A stretch of DNA of 64,000 bases from Brevibacterium luteolum (lineage in GTDB: Bacteria > Actinomycetota > Actinomycetes > Actinomycetales > Brevibacteriaceae), in assembly GCF_013004595.1 (NCBI RefSeq), contig NZ_JABEMC010000002.1, positions 1-64,000 on the forward strand, in the 5' to 3' direction. The notes under the pieces are model-generated. The model made no database searches. It saw only the letters and a program-made list of their open reading frames with translations, and had not been told where the DNA came from. Position numbers and translations under genes: made by a program. Numbering within the stretch: position 1 is the first letter of the stretch; each line of letters opens with the position of its first letter. Shown in pieces: positions 37,871 to 48,567 of this stretch.

Positions 37871-39308
37871 GGCTCTTCGGACATTCGGTGGGGGTGAGGC
37901 GCGCCGAGTGAGGTCGGGCGGGTAGAGATTGAGGTCCCCGAGGATCATAAGCGCTGACCACCTGATCCGATACGAGGACCTCGACGTGTTTCAACATACT
38001 TCGGCGTGGGCTGATCCGCGCTCCATCACTGCCCCGTGTTCCCGCTGCGATCTGCTCCTTGTTCCGAAGGAGGTGCAGGTTGAACAGGTCCACCGCGGCG
38101 GTGAGCGGATGGTCGTGACGGTCTCGACGCCGTCGCAGCCGACCGGATGCCCGGCGTGCGGGGTCATTGCGACAGGCCGCGGCCGGCGCCCACGCGTGCT
38201 CCATGACGTTCCCGGTGTGACACCGGTGCGGGTGCTGTGGCGGCAGCGAGTCTGGCGGTGCGTCGACCCAGATTGCACGAAGAATACGTTCGTGGAGCAA
38301 CTGCCCGACCTGGTCGCGCCTCGCGGGTCGATCACCCGCCGCGCCATCGCGTGGGCGATCGGGCAGCTGCGTCGCGAGCACGCGACCGTCCAGGGGCTTG
38401 CTCGCCAGCTGGGGACATCGTGGAAGACCGTCTGCCCGGCCGTTCAGCCCGAGCTTGAACGCATGGCTGATGACTCCTCACGATTCGACGGGGTCACCAT
38501 CTGGCACCATGTCGATCCACGTCGGCAGGGTCTGAAGGAACTGACCGGGATGGTCGACCTCACCCGTGACGAGCACGGCAAGGTGCGGGCCAGGTTGCTG
38601 GACTTGGTGCCGGGTCGTTCGGGGAAGGCCTACGCGACCTGGCTCCGGCAGCGCGGCACCGCCTTCCGGCGGCGAGTGAAGGTCGCAGCGCTGGACCCGT
38701 TCGCCGGTTACAAGAACGCCATCGATGATGAGCTCGACTATGCCGTCGCCGTCCTCGACGCATTCCATGTGGTCAAGCTCGGCACCGCCGCCGTTGATGA
38801 AGTCCGCCACCGTGTCCAGCAGTCAACGCTCGGGCATCGCGGACGCAAAGGAGACTCGCTCTACGGCATCCAGACCATCCTTCGTGCCGGAAGAGACAAC
38901 CTCACCGAGAAGCAGCTTGCCCGCCTGCACGCGGCATTCACCAACCGGGAAGAGCATGTCGAGGTGGAAATGGCCTGGCGATGCGCTCAGCAACTGCGCG
39001 ATGCCTACCTGCAAGCGGACCTGACCACCGGGCGGGCCATCGCCGAGACCGTCGTCGAGACGTTCCACACCTGCCCGATCCCCGAAATCGCCCGTCTGGG
39101 CCGCACCCTACGCCGGTGGCGTGAGGCGTTCTTGGCGTACTTCAGCACAGGGCGCGCGAACAATGGCGGCACCGAGGCGATCAACGGCATCATCGAGCTC
39201 CACCGCCGCCTCGCACGAGGCTTCCGCAACCGCGACAACTACCCGCTCCGGATGCTCCTCACCACCGGCGGACTCACCCCATGACCCCCATCGAATGTCC
39301 GAAGATCC
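37871..39308 (+). mobile_element. ISL3-family insertion sequence, complete ends
   Basis: 24-bp terminal IRs GGCTCTTCGGACATTCGGTGGGGG / GGATCTTCGGACATTCGATGGGGG (2 mismatches); 8-bp target duplication GGATTAAT at 37863-37870 and 39309-39316. Confidence 0.95.
37986..39284 (+). CDS. ISL3 transposase, probably inactive (short in-frame deletion)
   Basis: CPACG zinc finger, LDAFHVVKL, NGGTEAING and RGFRN; expected GVDEH segment absent. Confidence 0.88.
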   Translation: MFQHTSAWADPRSITAPCSRCDLLLVPKEVQVEQVHRGGERMVVTVSTPSQPTGCPACGVIATGRGRRPRVLHDVPGVTPVRVLWRQRVWRCVDPDCTKNTFVEQLPDLVAPRGSITRRAIAWAIGQLRREHATVQGLARQLGTSWKTVCPAVQPELERMADDSSRFDGVTIWHHVDPRRQGLKELTGMVDLTRDEHGKVRARLLDLVPGRSGKAYATWLRQRGTAFRRRVKVAALDPFAGYKNAIDDELDYAVAVLDAFHVVKLGTAAVDEVRHRVQQSTLGHRGRKGDSLYGIQTILRAGRDNLTEKQLARLHAAFTNREEHVEVEMAWRCAQQLRDAYLQADLTTGRAIAETVVETFHTCPIPEIARLGRTLRRWREAFLAYFSTGRANNGGTEAINGIIELHRRLARGFRNRDNYPLRMLLTTGGLTP

Positions 39309-39384
39309 GGATTAATCAACACCTCAAGCTTCCTTGCACGACATATCCGGCCTTCTCACCCGGTCACCCTGCTAGTCTGAGCTC

Positions 39385-41571
39385 ATGAATCCGCAGCCGC
39401 GCCTGCTGACAGCCTCCCGCCCCCAGGAGCAGAAGGTGCGCGGCCGCAGCTGGGTCTGGCTGCTCGTGCTCGCCCTCATCGGCGGCTGGCTGGCGCTCTC
39501 GGGTCTGGGCGGCCCGTACTTCGGCAAGATCTCCGAGGTCGCCACCAACGACCAGTCGACGTTCCTGCCCGCCTCGGCGGAGTCGACTCAGGTGACCGAC
39601 CGGCTCGGCGAGTTCCGGACCGGGCAGGGCGCTCCGGCGATCATCATCGCCACCCGCGACAACGGGCTCGACGCCGATGACCAGTCCTGGGCTGAGGACT
39701 TCGCCTCCGATGCCGAAGCGGCTGCCGTCGATGACGTCTCCCCGCCGATCCCCTCCGCTGACGGCCAAGCCCTCCAGCTCATCGTCCCGGTCTCCGAGGA
39801 CGACACCGAGGCAGGAGTCGATCAGCTGCGTCAGCTCGCCTCCGCCTCCGCTCCCGATGGCCTCGAGGTCTTCGTCACCGGCCCGGCCGGGTTCTCCGCA
39901 GATCTGGCCGAGGCGTTCTCCGGCATCGACGGGATGCTGCTGATCGTCACCTTCTCCGCGGTGTTCGTCATCCTCATCATCGTCTACCGCTCCCCCATCA
40001 TCCCAGTCTTCGTGCTGCTGACCGCGCTCGCCGCCCTCGCCTCATCGATCGTCGTCGTCTATCTGCTCGCCGACGCCGGGTTCATCACCGTCAACGGGCA
40101 GGTGCAGGGCATCCTCTTCATCCTCGTCGTCGGTGCGACAACGGACTACTGCCTGCTCTTCGTCGCCCGGTTCCGTGATGAGCTCACAGCCGCCGCCTGC
40201 GCGCCGGGCACGGAGCGCAGGCGCACGGTGTGGCGTGCGTGGAAGGGCACGGTCGAACCGATCCTCGCCTCCGGCGGAACGGTCATCGCCGGCCTGCTGT
40301 GCCTGCTCGTCTCCGACCTCGCCTCCACGCAGGCGCTCGGCCCGGTCGCGGCGATCGGCATCGCGATGGGCTTGGCTGCTGCGCTGACGTTCCTGCCGGC
40401 GCTGCTGTTCGCCGTCGGCCCGGTGGTGTTCTGGCCGTTCATCCCCGGCCGCGGGAAGCGCCGCGGCACCAAGGAGAACCACGGCCTGTGGTCGCGCATC
40501 GCCGCCGCGGTCACCGCACGCCCGCGCATCACGTGGGTCACTGTCGCCCTGCTGCTGGCTGTGCCGCTGCTGGGCATCACCCAGCTCAAGGCCGATGGCG
40601 TGCCGCAGAGCGAGTTCGTGCTCGGCGCCTCGGAGGCCCGCGACGGCCAGGATGCCCTCGGTCAGCACTTCCCGTCCGGATCCGGCAGCCCCGCCTATGT
40701 GCTGCTGGACGAAGACGATGTCGATGACGCCGTCGACGCCCTCGACCCGATCTCCGGGATCGACGCCCTCGGCCTGTCCGCTGACTCGCCCACCGGGTTC
40801 ATTCCGCTCGGCGACGCCGCTGACGACGCCGGCCGGCAGGGCGGTCCGCCTGGTGAGCCGATCGTCTCCGACGGCGATGTGCTCATCAACGCGACGCTGG
40901 CCGATCCGCCGGACTCCCAGGAGGCTGAGGACACCGTCGTCGAGATGCGCCAGGCGCTGGCCGACGCCCGACTGCTCACGGCTGTCGGCGGTGAGCCGGC
41001 GGTGGCCCTCGACTCGAATGAGGCGGCCAAGCACGACCGGGCGCTGGCGATGCCGCTCATCCTCATCGTCGTCACGATCGTGCTCGTGCTGCTGCTGCGT
41101 TCGCTGCTGGCCCCGCTGCTGCTGATGTTCACCACGGTGCTGAGCTTCGGCACCGCGATGGGCGTCTCCGCGCTCGTGTTCAACCATGTCCTCGACTTCC
41201 CGGGCGCGGATCCGACGGTGCCGCTGTTCGCGTTCGTGTTCCTCGTCGCCCTTGGCATCGACTACAACATCTTCCTCATGTCCCGGGTCCGTGAGGAGTC
41301 GATGGCTGCCCGTGACACCCGCGCCGGGGTGGTGCGCGGACTCGTCACCACCGGCGGGGTCATCACCTCAGCGGGCATCGTGCTCGCCGCAACGTTCGCA
41401 GCCCTTGCGGTGCTGCCGATCATGTTCCTTGTCCAGCTGGCGTTCATCGTCGCCTTCGGTGTGCTGCTCGATGCGATCGTCGTGCGCTCACTGCTCGTCC
41501 CCGGCCTGTTCTACGATCTGGGCCGGGCGACGTGGTGGCCGTGGATGCGCACGTTCACCCCGCGGTCCTGA
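39385..41571 (+). CDS. MMPL/RND-family transporter
   Basis: VTGPAG, GATTDY, LGIDYNIFLMSRVREE and TGGVITSAG. Confidence 0.95.
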   Translation: MNPQPRLLTASRPQEQKVRGRSWVWLLVLALIGGWLALSGLGGPYFGKISEVATNDQSTFLPASAESTQVTDRLGEFRTGQGAPAIIIATRDNGLDADDQSWAEDFASDAEAAAVDDVSPPIPSADGQALQLIVPVSEDDTEAGVDQLRQLASASAPDGLEVFVTGPAGFSADLAEAFSGIDGMLLIVTFSAVFVILIIVYRSPIIPVFVLLTALAALASSIVVVYLLADAGFITVNGQVQGILFILVVGATTDYCLLFVARFRDELTAAACAPGTERRRTVWRAWKGTVEPILASGGTVIAGLLCLLVSDLASTQALGPVAAIGIAMGLAAALTFLPALLFAVGPVVFWPFIPGRGKRRGTKENHGLWSRIAAAVTARPRITWVTVALLLAVPLLGITQLKADGVPQSEFVLGASEARDGQDALGQHFPSGSGSPAYVLLDEDDVDDAVDALDPISGIDALGLSADSPTGFIPLGDAADDAGRQGGPPGEPIVSDGDVLINATLADPPDSQEAEDTVVEMRQALADARLLTAVGGEPAVALDSNEAAKHDRALAMPLILIVVTIVLVLLLRSLLAPLLLMFTTVLSFGTAMGVSALVFNHVLDFPGADPTVPLFAFVFLVALGIDYNIFLMSRVREESMAARDTRAGVVRGLVTTGGVITSAGIVLAATFAALAVLPIMFLVQLAFIVAFGVLLDAIVVRSLLVPGLFYDLGRATWWPWMRTFTPRS

Positions 41572-41996
41572 TGCGGCTGTGGTCGCTGCATCCGGCGCAC
41601 CTCGACCGGCAGGGCCTCATCGCCTGCTGGCGTGAGGCGCTGCTGGCGCAGAAGGTGCTCGCAGGCCTGACCACCGGCTACCGCAGCCACCCGCAGCTGA
41701 TCCGCTTCCGCGCAGCCGACGGCCCGCTGGCTGCGATCGGCGCGTACCTGTCCGGCTTAGCCGAGGAGGCCGATGCCCGCGGCTACCGGTTCGACCGCAC
41801 GAAGATCCACGATGGCTCCGGCCACGCCCAGCTGCCGGTCACGACCGGACAGCTCGACTTCGAGGCGCAGCATCTCGCTGCCAAACTCTGTGTCCGCTCC
41901 CCTGCTGAGGCCGAGCGCTTCGCGACCGCGACGATCGGCACCCATCCGCTGTTCCGCCTCGGGCCCGGCCCGATCGAAGACTGGGAGCGGCCCTGA
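41571..41996 (+). CDS. Pyrimidine dimer DNA glycosylase / T4 endonuclease V-like family protein
   Basis: MRLWSLHPAHLD..GLIACWRE.LLAQ..L...GY..HPQL.RF; TGATG overlap. Confidence 0.87.
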   Translation: MRLWSLHPAHLDRQGLIACWREALLAQKVLAGLTTGYRSHPQLIRFRAADGPLAAIGAYLSGLAEEADARGYRFDRTKIHDGSGHAQLPVTTGQLDFEAQHLAAKLCVRSPAEAERFATATIGTHPLFRLGPGPIEDWERP

Positions 41997-41997
41997 C

Positions 41998-42789
41998 TCA
42001 GGTCAGCAGCGCGCGGTCGTCGAGCTGGGCGCCCTTGACCTTGGCGAATTCGCCGAGCAGGTCCTTGACCGTCAGCTTCTCCTTGGTGGCGGCGTCGGCT
42101 TCGTAGATGATGTCGCCTTCGTGCATCATGATGATCCGGTTGCCCAGGGCGAGCGCCTGCTCCATGTTGTGGGTGACCATGAGGGTGGTGAGGTTGCCCT
42201 GGGCGACGATCCGCTCGGTCAGCTTGGTCACCAGCTCCGCACGCGAGGGGTCGAGGGCGGCGGTGTGCTCATCAAGCAGCAGGATGCGCGGTTCGGTGAA
42301 ACCGGCCATCAGCAGTGACAGCGCCTGCCGCTGACCGCCCGACAGCAGCCCGACCTTCGCCTTGAGCCGGCGTTCGAGCCCGAGGTCGAGGCTGGTGAGC
42401 TCGTCGGCGAAGGCCTCCCGGCGGGCCTTCGTCAGACCCCGTCCGAGCCCGCGCCGGCGCCCGCGGTTGAGGGCCAGGGACAGGTTCTGCTCGATGGTGA
42501 GGTCGGGTGCGGTGCCGGCCATCGGGTCCTGGAACACCCGGCCGACGTAGCGGGCGCGGGAGTATTCCTTCATCCGGTTGACCTTGACGTTGTCGATGGT
42601 GATCGTCCCGGCATCGACGGGCAGCCGCCCGGAGATCGTGTTGAGCAGCGTCGACTTGCCGGCGCCGTTGGAGCCGATGACGGTGACGAAATCGCCTTCG
42701 TCGAGATACAGGGAGAGGTTCTGCAGGGCCCCGCGTTCGTTGACGGTGCCGGGGAAGAAGGTCTTGGAGATGTTCTCAATGCTCAGCAT
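41998..42789 (-). CDS. ABC transporter ATP-binding protein
   Basis: GSNGAGKST, LSGGQRQ and LLDEHTAALDP. Confidence 0.95.
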   Translation of the reverse strand: MLSIENISKTFFPGTVNERGALQNLSLYLDEGDFVTVIGSNGAGKSTLLNTISGRLPVDAGTITIDNVKVNRMKEYSRARYVGRVFQDPMAGTAPDLTIEQNLSLALNRGRRRGLGRGLTKARREAFADELTSLDLGLERRLKAKVGLLSGGQRQALSLLMAGFTEPRILLLDEHTAALDPSRAELVTKLTERIVAQGNLTTLMVTHNMEQALALGNRIIMMHEGDIIYEADAATKEKLTVKDLLGEFAKVKGAQLDDRALLT

Positions 42790-42791
42790 GC

Positions 42792-43745
42792 TCAGCTCCC
42801 CTCTGCTGCGGTGGCGGGTGTCTTGACCGGTGCCGGCTGTGTCTCCGGCGCCAGCTGGCCGGGCGCGCGGTTGCCTCGCCCGCGCAGGGAGGGGATCTTC
42901 TTGAGCAGGCCCCAGCGCGGCAGCAGCAGGGCTGCGACGACGAGGATCGCGGTGACGGCCTTCATGTCGTTGGGGTTGAGGCCGTAGCGCATCGCGTAGA
43001 AGATGATGAGCCGGTAGATGACCGAGCCGAGGACCGCTGCGAAGCTGGCGATGACGATGGTGCGCGAACCCAGCAGCGCCTGGCCGACGATGACCGAGGC
43101 GAGTCCGACGAGGATGAGGCCGACACCCATCGCGATGTCGGCGAAGCCCTGGTACTGGGCGATGATCGCACCGCAGGCGGCGACGAGCCCGTTGGACAGG
43201 GCGAGTGTGAGGATCGTCGTGTTGTCGGTGTTGACGCCGAGGGAGCGGATCATCTCCTTGTTGTTGCCGGTCGCCTGGATCGCCAGGCCGAGGTTCGTGG
43301 TGAGGAACCAGTCGACGACGAACTTGAGCACGAGCACGGCGAGCAGGAACGCCGCCACCGACATCCATGTGCCCATGATCCGCTCCTCTTTGAGCGGCGT
43401 CATGATCGTCGTCTCTCTCAAAAGCGGCAGGTTCGCCTTGCCCATGATCCTGAGGTTGACCGACCACAAGGCGATCATCGTGAGGATGCCGGCGAGCAGC
43501 CCGTCGATCCCGCCCTTCGTGTGCAGTAAGCCGGTGATGATGCCGGCGAGCACGCCGGCCCCGCCGGCTGCGACGGTGGCGACGATCGGGTTGACCCCGG
43601 CGATGATGAGGGCCGCTGCGGTGGCGGCTCCGGTGGTGAAGCTGCCGTCGACGGTGAGGTCGGGGAAGTTGAGGACTTTGAACGTCAGGTACACCCCGAG
43701 CGCCATGACGCCGTAGATGATGCCGAGTTCGAGTGCGCCGATCAT
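42792..43745 (-). CDS. ABC transporter permease
   Basis: FPDLTVDGSF, ATGNN and QYQGFADI. Confidence 0.93.
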   Translation of the reverse strand: MIGALELGIIYGVMALGVYLTFKVLNFPDLTVDGSFTTGAATAAALIIAGVNPIVATVAAGGAGVLAGIITGLLHTKGGIDGLLAGILTMIALWSVNLRIMGKANLPLLRETTIMTPLKEERIMGTWMSVAAFLLAVLVLKFVVDWFLTTNLGLAIQATGNNKEMIRSLGVNTDNTTILTLALSNGLVAACGAIIAQYQGFADIAMGVGLILVGLASVIVGQALLGSRTIVIASFAAVLGSVIYRLIIFYAMRYGLNPNDMKAVTAILVVAALLLPRWGLLKKIPSLRGRGNRAPGQLAPETQPAPVKTPATAAEGS

Positions 43746-43866
43746 AGTGTGGTGAGATTCTCCGAGTTGTGAGGCGGACTGCAGCGAACGGGAGTGTCCA
43801 AAGGGGAAGCACCGTCCGCTGCAGCCCGCACTGTCAGCCTACGCGCCTGTCAGTGCAGGGGCATGA

Positions 43867-44862
43867 TCATTCGACGACAGTGTCAGCAGAGTCGATGAAT
43901 TCCTGGTCCATCTCAACGCCCATCCGCTTGGCGGCTTCGGGGTTGATGACCAGCTGGTACTCCGACTGCTGCTCGACGGCCATGTCGGCCGGATCCTCGC
44001 CGTCCTTGAGGATCTTGAGCGCCATGTCGGCGGTCTGCTTGCCGAGTGCCTCGTAGTCGATGCCGTAGGTCGCTGCCGCGCCCTCCTCGACCTGGCCGGC
44101 CTCGGAGCCGATGAGCAGTGCTTCGTTCTTCTCCGCGGCCTGGACCATCGTCGAGATCGCCGAGACGACGGTGTTGTCGGTCGGGACGTAGTAGGCGTCG
44201 ACGTCGCCGAGGGAGTCGGCGGCCTGCGAGACCTCACCGGAGTTCGAGACGGTGGCTTCCTTGATCTCGAGGCCCTGCTCCTCGGCGGCTTCCTTGGCCA
44301 TCTTGACCTGGACCTCGGAGTTGACCTCGCCGGAGCTGTAGACGATGCCGACGCTCTTGGCGTCCGGGTTGATATTCTTGACGAGTTCGAGCTGCTCGGC
44401 GACCGGGTTGAGGTCGGTGGTCCCGGTGACGTTGCCGCCGGGCTTCTCCAGGCTGTCGACGAGCTGCGCTTCGACCGGGTCGGTGACCGCGGTGAAGACG
44501 ATGGGCTTATCCGAGATCGCCTGGGCTGCGGCCTGTGCGGTCGGGGTGGCGATCGCCAGTACGAGGTCGAGGTCCTGGGAAGCGAAATTCTGGGCGATCG
44601 ACGTTGCGTTGGACTGGTCGCCCTGGGCGTTCTGCTCGTCGTACTCGACGTCGACGCCGGCGTCCTCCATGCCCTTCTTGAAGCCCTCTGCTGCGGCGTC
44701 AAGCGCTGGGTGCTGGACGATCTGGGTGATGCCGACTGAGTAGGACTCCTGGCCGTTGCCGCCCTCTCCTCCTTCGCCGCCGCCGCTGCCGCCTCCGCAG
44801 GCTGCCAGTGCCAGTGCCGCCGATGCTGCCGTGAAGCCCACGGCCATGCGCTTGATCCGCAT
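43867..44862 (-). CDS. ABC substrate-binding lipoprotein (ABC_sub_bind type, possibly aromatic amino acids)
   Basis: LAAC lipobox; HPALD, IATP, VTDP and PTDN. Confidence 0.92.
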   Translation of the reverse strand: MRIKRMAVGFTAASAALALAACGGGSGGGEGGEGGNGQESYSVGITQIVQHPALDAAAEGFKKGMEDAGVDVEYDEQNAQGDQSNATSIAQNFASQDLDLVLAIATPTAQAAAQAISDKPIVFTAVTDPVEAQLVDSLEKPGGNVTGTTDLNPVAEQLELVKNINPDAKSVGIVYSSGEVNSEVQVKMAKEAAEEQGLEIKEATVSNSGEVSQAADSLGDVDAYYVPTDNTVVSAISTMVQAAEKNEALLIGSEAGQVEEGAAATYGIDYEALGKQTADMALKILKDGEDPADMAVEQQSEYQLVINPEAAKRMGVEMDQEFIDSADTVVE

Positions 44863-45141
44863 GTTCTCCTCCTCTGCGAGAGGGCCGCACACCCCTCTGT
44901 GCGCGGCCGCTCAACGAGCTCAACCTATCCCAGGTGAGCATGACCTGTTAACTATCTCACAGGGGCCTGACACCTTTGCAGACAGACGGCCTTGAAGGCT
45001 CATTCGTTACGGACATTTGACTCAGAACGCCCGTTCGGGCCGGACAGCGCGGCACATGCGTCGCCATATGACGTTCGGCGCATACGACACGCTGCGCGTG
45101 TGTTCGACTCTGAGAGACCACACTGTCTGAAAGGAGCTTCA

Positions 45142-46338
45142 ATGACTACGATCCGCACGAGCCACGCCGGTTCTCTGCCCCGCACCGAGGCGCTCATCGC
45201 CGCCAATCGAGCCCGACGCGCTGAGAACACCAACGCCGAGGCGTTCGACGAGCTGCTGACGGAGAGTGTCGTCGACATCGTGGCCCGGCAGCGCGACCTG
45301 GGCATCACCGAACCCAACGACGGCGAGTACGGTCATGCGATGGCCGCCGACTTCGACTACGGGGCGTGGTGGCATTATTCGTTCGCCCGCACCGGGGGCC
45401 TGTCACTGTCCGAACACGGGCTGTGGGAGCAGCCGGCGGTGCGTTCCGAGCCGGGTCAGGTGCGGCTGACGAGCTTCGGGGACCGGCGTGACCGGCAGCT
45501 CTTCCCCGGTGTCTACGCGGATCCCGCCGGTGGCGCTGATACCGGTGAGCAGCCGGACTTCCCGAAGGTCACCGGCCCGATCAGCTACACCGGCCACGAG
45601 CAGGTCGCTCGCGATATCCGCAATGTCACCGCCGGCCTCGAACAGGCCGGCTATGAGATCTCGCGCGGGTTCCTCAACTCGATCTCTCCCGGCTCGGCCT
45701 CCCGGATCGCCAATGAGCACTATGAGACGGAGGAGGAGCTCATCTGGGCGTTCGCCGATGTGCTGCGCGAGGAGTACCTCGCGATCACCGAGGCCGGCCT
45801 CATCGTGCAGATCGATGACCCGTCGATCGCGGAGAACTTCGACCAGATCAACCCGGAGCCCAGCTATGAGGACTATCGGGCATTCACGCAGATCCGCGTC
45901 GAGGCGCTCAACTATGCGCTGCGCGGCATCGACCCGCAGCAGGTCCGCTTCCACACATGTTGGGGTTCATGGCATGGTCCGCATGTCACCGATCTGCCGT
46001 TCGCTGAGATCGTCGACCTGGTGCTTTCGATCGATGCTGCTGGGATCACCTTCGAAGCCGCCAATGTCCGCCATGAGCATGAGTGGCGGATCTGGGAGGA
46101 CACGAAGCTGCCGGACGGCAAGTACATCATTCCCGGCATCGTCTCCCATGCCACGAACGTCGTCGAGCACCCTGAGCTGGTCGCCGACCGGATCGAGCGC
46201 TTCGCCCGGCTCGTCGGCCCGGAGAACGTCGTCGCCTCAACGGACTGCGGGCTCGGCGGCCGAGTGCACCCGGAGATTGCAGTCGCCAAGCTCGAGGCCC
46301 TGGCACGGGGTGCCGAGATCGCCGGCTCCCGCCTGTGA
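45142..46338 (+). CDS. Single-barrel cobalamin-independent methionine synthase-like protein
   Basis: HAGSLPR, DGE, HTCWG, FEAANVRH and STDCG Zn ligands. Confidence 0.92.
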   Translation: MTTIRTSHAGSLPRTEALIAANRARRAENTNAEAFDELLTESVVDIVARQRDLGITEPNDGEYGHAMAADFDYGAWWHYSFARTGGLSLSEHGLWEQPAVRSEPGQVRLTSFGDRRDRQLFPGVYADPAGGADTGEQPDFPKVTGPISYTGHEQVARDIRNVTAGLEQAGYEISRGFLNSISPGSASRIANEHYETEEELIWAFADVLREEYLAITEAGLIVQIDDPSIAENFDQINPEPSYEDYRAFTQIRVEALNYALRGIDPQQVRFHTCWGSWHGPHVTDLPFAEIVDLVLSIDAAGITFEAANVRHEHEWRIWEDTKLPDGKYIIPGIVSHATNVVEHPELVADRIERFARLVGPENVVASTDCGLGGRVHPEIAVAKLEALARGAEIAGSRL

Positions 46339-47625
46339 TCAGTCGAGCAGTTCGTGGCGGACGATCGACTGCTCACGGTCGGGTCCGACGCCGATGACGG
46401 AGATCCGGCAGCCGGAGAGCCGCTCGAGGGCGTGCACGTAGTTCTGCGCGTTCTCGGGCAGCTCTTCGAAGCTGCGGGCCACCGTGATGTCCTCGTCCCA
46501 GCCGGGGAAGGTCTCGAAGATCGGCGTGGCGTGGTGGAAGTCGGACTGGCTTGCCGGCATCTCGTCGTGGCGCACCCCGTCGATCTCGTAGGCCACGCAC
46601 ACCGGGATCTCCTCGATGCCGGTGAGCACGTCGAGTTTGGTGAGCACGTAGTCGGTGAAGCCGTTGACGCGGGCAGCGTAGCGGGCGATGACCGCGTCGT
46701 ACCAGCCGCAGCGGCGCGGCCGGCCGGTGTTGACGCCGTATTCGCCGCCGGTCTTCTGCAGGCGCACGCCCATCTCGTCGAACAGCTCGGTTGGGAACGG
46801 CCCGGCGCCCACGCGGGTGGTGTAGGCCTTGACGATGCCGATGACACGGGTGATGCGGGTCGGCCCGATGCCCGCACCAACGACCGCGCCGCCGGCGCTT
46901 GGATTCGATGAGGTCACGAACGGGTAGGTGCCGTGGTCGACGTCGAGCATTGTCGCCTGGCCGCCCTCCATCACGACGACCTCACCGGCATCAAGCGCCT
47001 CGTTAAGCAGCAGCGAGGTGTCGCACACCATCGGCCGCAGCCGTTCGGCGTGCTGCAGGAAGTACTCGACGGTCTCCTCGACCTCGACGGCGCGGCGATT
47101 GTAGACCTTGAGCAGCAGTTCGTTCTTCTGCCGCAACGCGCCTTCGACCTTCTGCCTGAGGATCGATTCGTCGAACAGGTCCTGGATGCGGATGCCGATG
47201 CGCGAGACCTTGTCGGCATAGGCCGGGCCGATGCCGCGGCCGGTGGTGCCGATGGCGCGCTTGCCGAGGAACCGCTCGGTGACCTTATCCATCGTCTGGT
47301 GGTAGGGGGCGACGACGTGGGCGTTGGCGGAGATCCGCAGCGCCGAGGTGTCGGCTCCGCGGGATTCGAGCATCTCGATCTCCTCGAACAGAGCTTCGAG
47401 ATTGACGACGACGCCGTTGCCGATCACCGGGGTGACGTTCGGTGAGAGGATGCCGGCAGGCAGCAGCTTGAGCTCGTACTTCTCCCCGCCGACGACGACG
47501 GTGTGGCCGGCGTTGTTGCCGCCGTTGGGCTTGACGACATAGTCGACGCGGGTGCCGAGGATGTCGGTGGTCTTGCCTTTTCCTTCGTCGCCCCACTGGG
47601 CGCCGACGACAACGAGTGCTGGCAT
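46339..47625 (-). CDS. purA: Adenylosuccinate synthetase
   Basis: [20 protein letters not shown] and [10 protein letters not shown]. Confidence 0.98.
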   Translation of the reverse strand: MPALVVVGAQWGDEGKGKTTDILGTRVDYVVKPNGGNNAGHTVVVGGEKYELKLLPAGILSPNVTPVIGNGVVVNLEALFEEIEMLESRGADTSALRISANAHVVAPYHQTMDKVTERFLGKRAIGTTGRGIGPAYADKVSRIGIRIQDLFDESILRQKVEGALRQKNELLLKVYNRRAVEVEETVEYFLQHAERLRPMVCDTSLLLNEALDAGEVVVMEGGQATMLDVDHGTYPFVTSSNPSAGGAVVGAGIGPTRITRVIGIVKAYTTRVGAGPFPTELFDEMGVRLQKTGGEYGVNTGRPRRCGWYDAVIARYAARVNGFTDYVLTKLDVLTGIEEIPVCVAYEIDGVRHDEMPASQSDFHHATPIFETFPGWDEDITVARSFEELPENAQNYVHALERLSGCRISVIGVGPDREQSIVRHELLD

Positions 47626-47820
47626 GTGGCAGGTCTCCCTTGCTGATCGGGCCGCCGCGGCGCACAGCAGCACACCGGGGCCTTACCCGACCATTCTACG
47701 CAGGGGCTCGGACGGCGGTTCGGGCCGTCGCCTGTTGAGCCGGCGCCTGCGTTCCGGCAATTGATATCATCGGAACGTCTGAATAGAGGATGACTATTCG
47801 AGTGAGGATGGGGGAAGGCG

Positions 47821-48567
47821 ATGGGCAGTTCGACTGTTCCTGCCTCCAGCAAGCTCCTCTTCAACCCTGTCCCGGATACTGAGCGTGCGACGGCCGTGCG
47901 GCGCCGTATCCGCCGTGCTGTGCAGCTCGGGTTCCTGTCCACCGGCGACCGCCTGCCGAGCGAGAGTGAAATGGCGAACGCGTTCGGCGTGGCGGCGGGA
48001 GCAGTGCGCGAAGCACTCGCGGCACTGCGCTCGGAGGGCATTGTCACAACGCGTCGTGGACGTAGCGGCGGCACCTTCATCGTCGGAATCCCGGGGTTCC
48101 GCATCGACGAGGTGAAGAAGGACCTGGCAGCGATGTCGATGGCAGAGCTGCGTGACCTCTCCGATGAGCTCACGGCCATTGCCCGCGCTTCAGCCGATCT
48201 CGCCGCCGAGCGCGCATACGAGGACGACATCGACAAGCTGCGGAGGCTTGCTGCTGTGTTCGCCGACACCGCTGAGCCCACCGCTCAGGCGATGGCCGAC
48301 AGTCGCTTCCATGTCGAACTCACGGCCATGAGCCAGTCATCGCGTCTGACGCAGGCGCAGCTGCGTCTGCAGAGCGAGTTCGCTGAGCTTCTGTGGTGCT
48401 CAGGCACCGTCGACGCGGCACGTGAGGCACGGGATCACGCCGCCATCATCGATGCGGTGGCCCAGGGACGTTCCGGCCGTGCCGGTGACGCTGTTGCCGT
48501 GCATATCCGCGCTGCTCTGAGGACCATCGTGGAGTTCAAGCTCTCGCTGCTTCCGGAGGTGGCATGA
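47821..48567 (+). CDS. GntR/FadR-family regulator
   Basis: GDRLPSE...VREAL...TRRGRSGGTF wHTH and FCD domain (DSRFH, DH..I). Confidence 0.93.
   Translation: MGSSTVPASSKLLFNPVPDTERATAVRRRIRRAVQLGFLSTGDRLPSESEMANAFGVAAGAVREALAALRSEGIVTTRRGRSGGTFIVGIPGFRIDEVKKDLAAMSMAELRDLSDELTAIARASADLAAERAYEDDIDKLRRLAAVFADTAEPTAQAMADSRFHVELTAMSQSSRLTQAQLRLQSEFAELLWCSGTVDAAREARDHAAIIDAVAQGRSGRAGDAVAVHIRAALRTIVEFKLSLLPEVA

Noticed and set aside
37697..37897. 66-aa ORF running into the ISL3 end
   Set aside because: No RBS or motif; may be a gene remnant but unsupported.
41998..43812. 604-aa ABC ATPase with long N-terminal extension
   Set aside because: The extension is an alternative frame of the permease gene; the real start is 42789.
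44863..45141. Possible SAM or cobalamin riboswitch ahead of the MetE-like gene
   Set aside because: No consensus recognised by eye; a covariance-model search would be needed.
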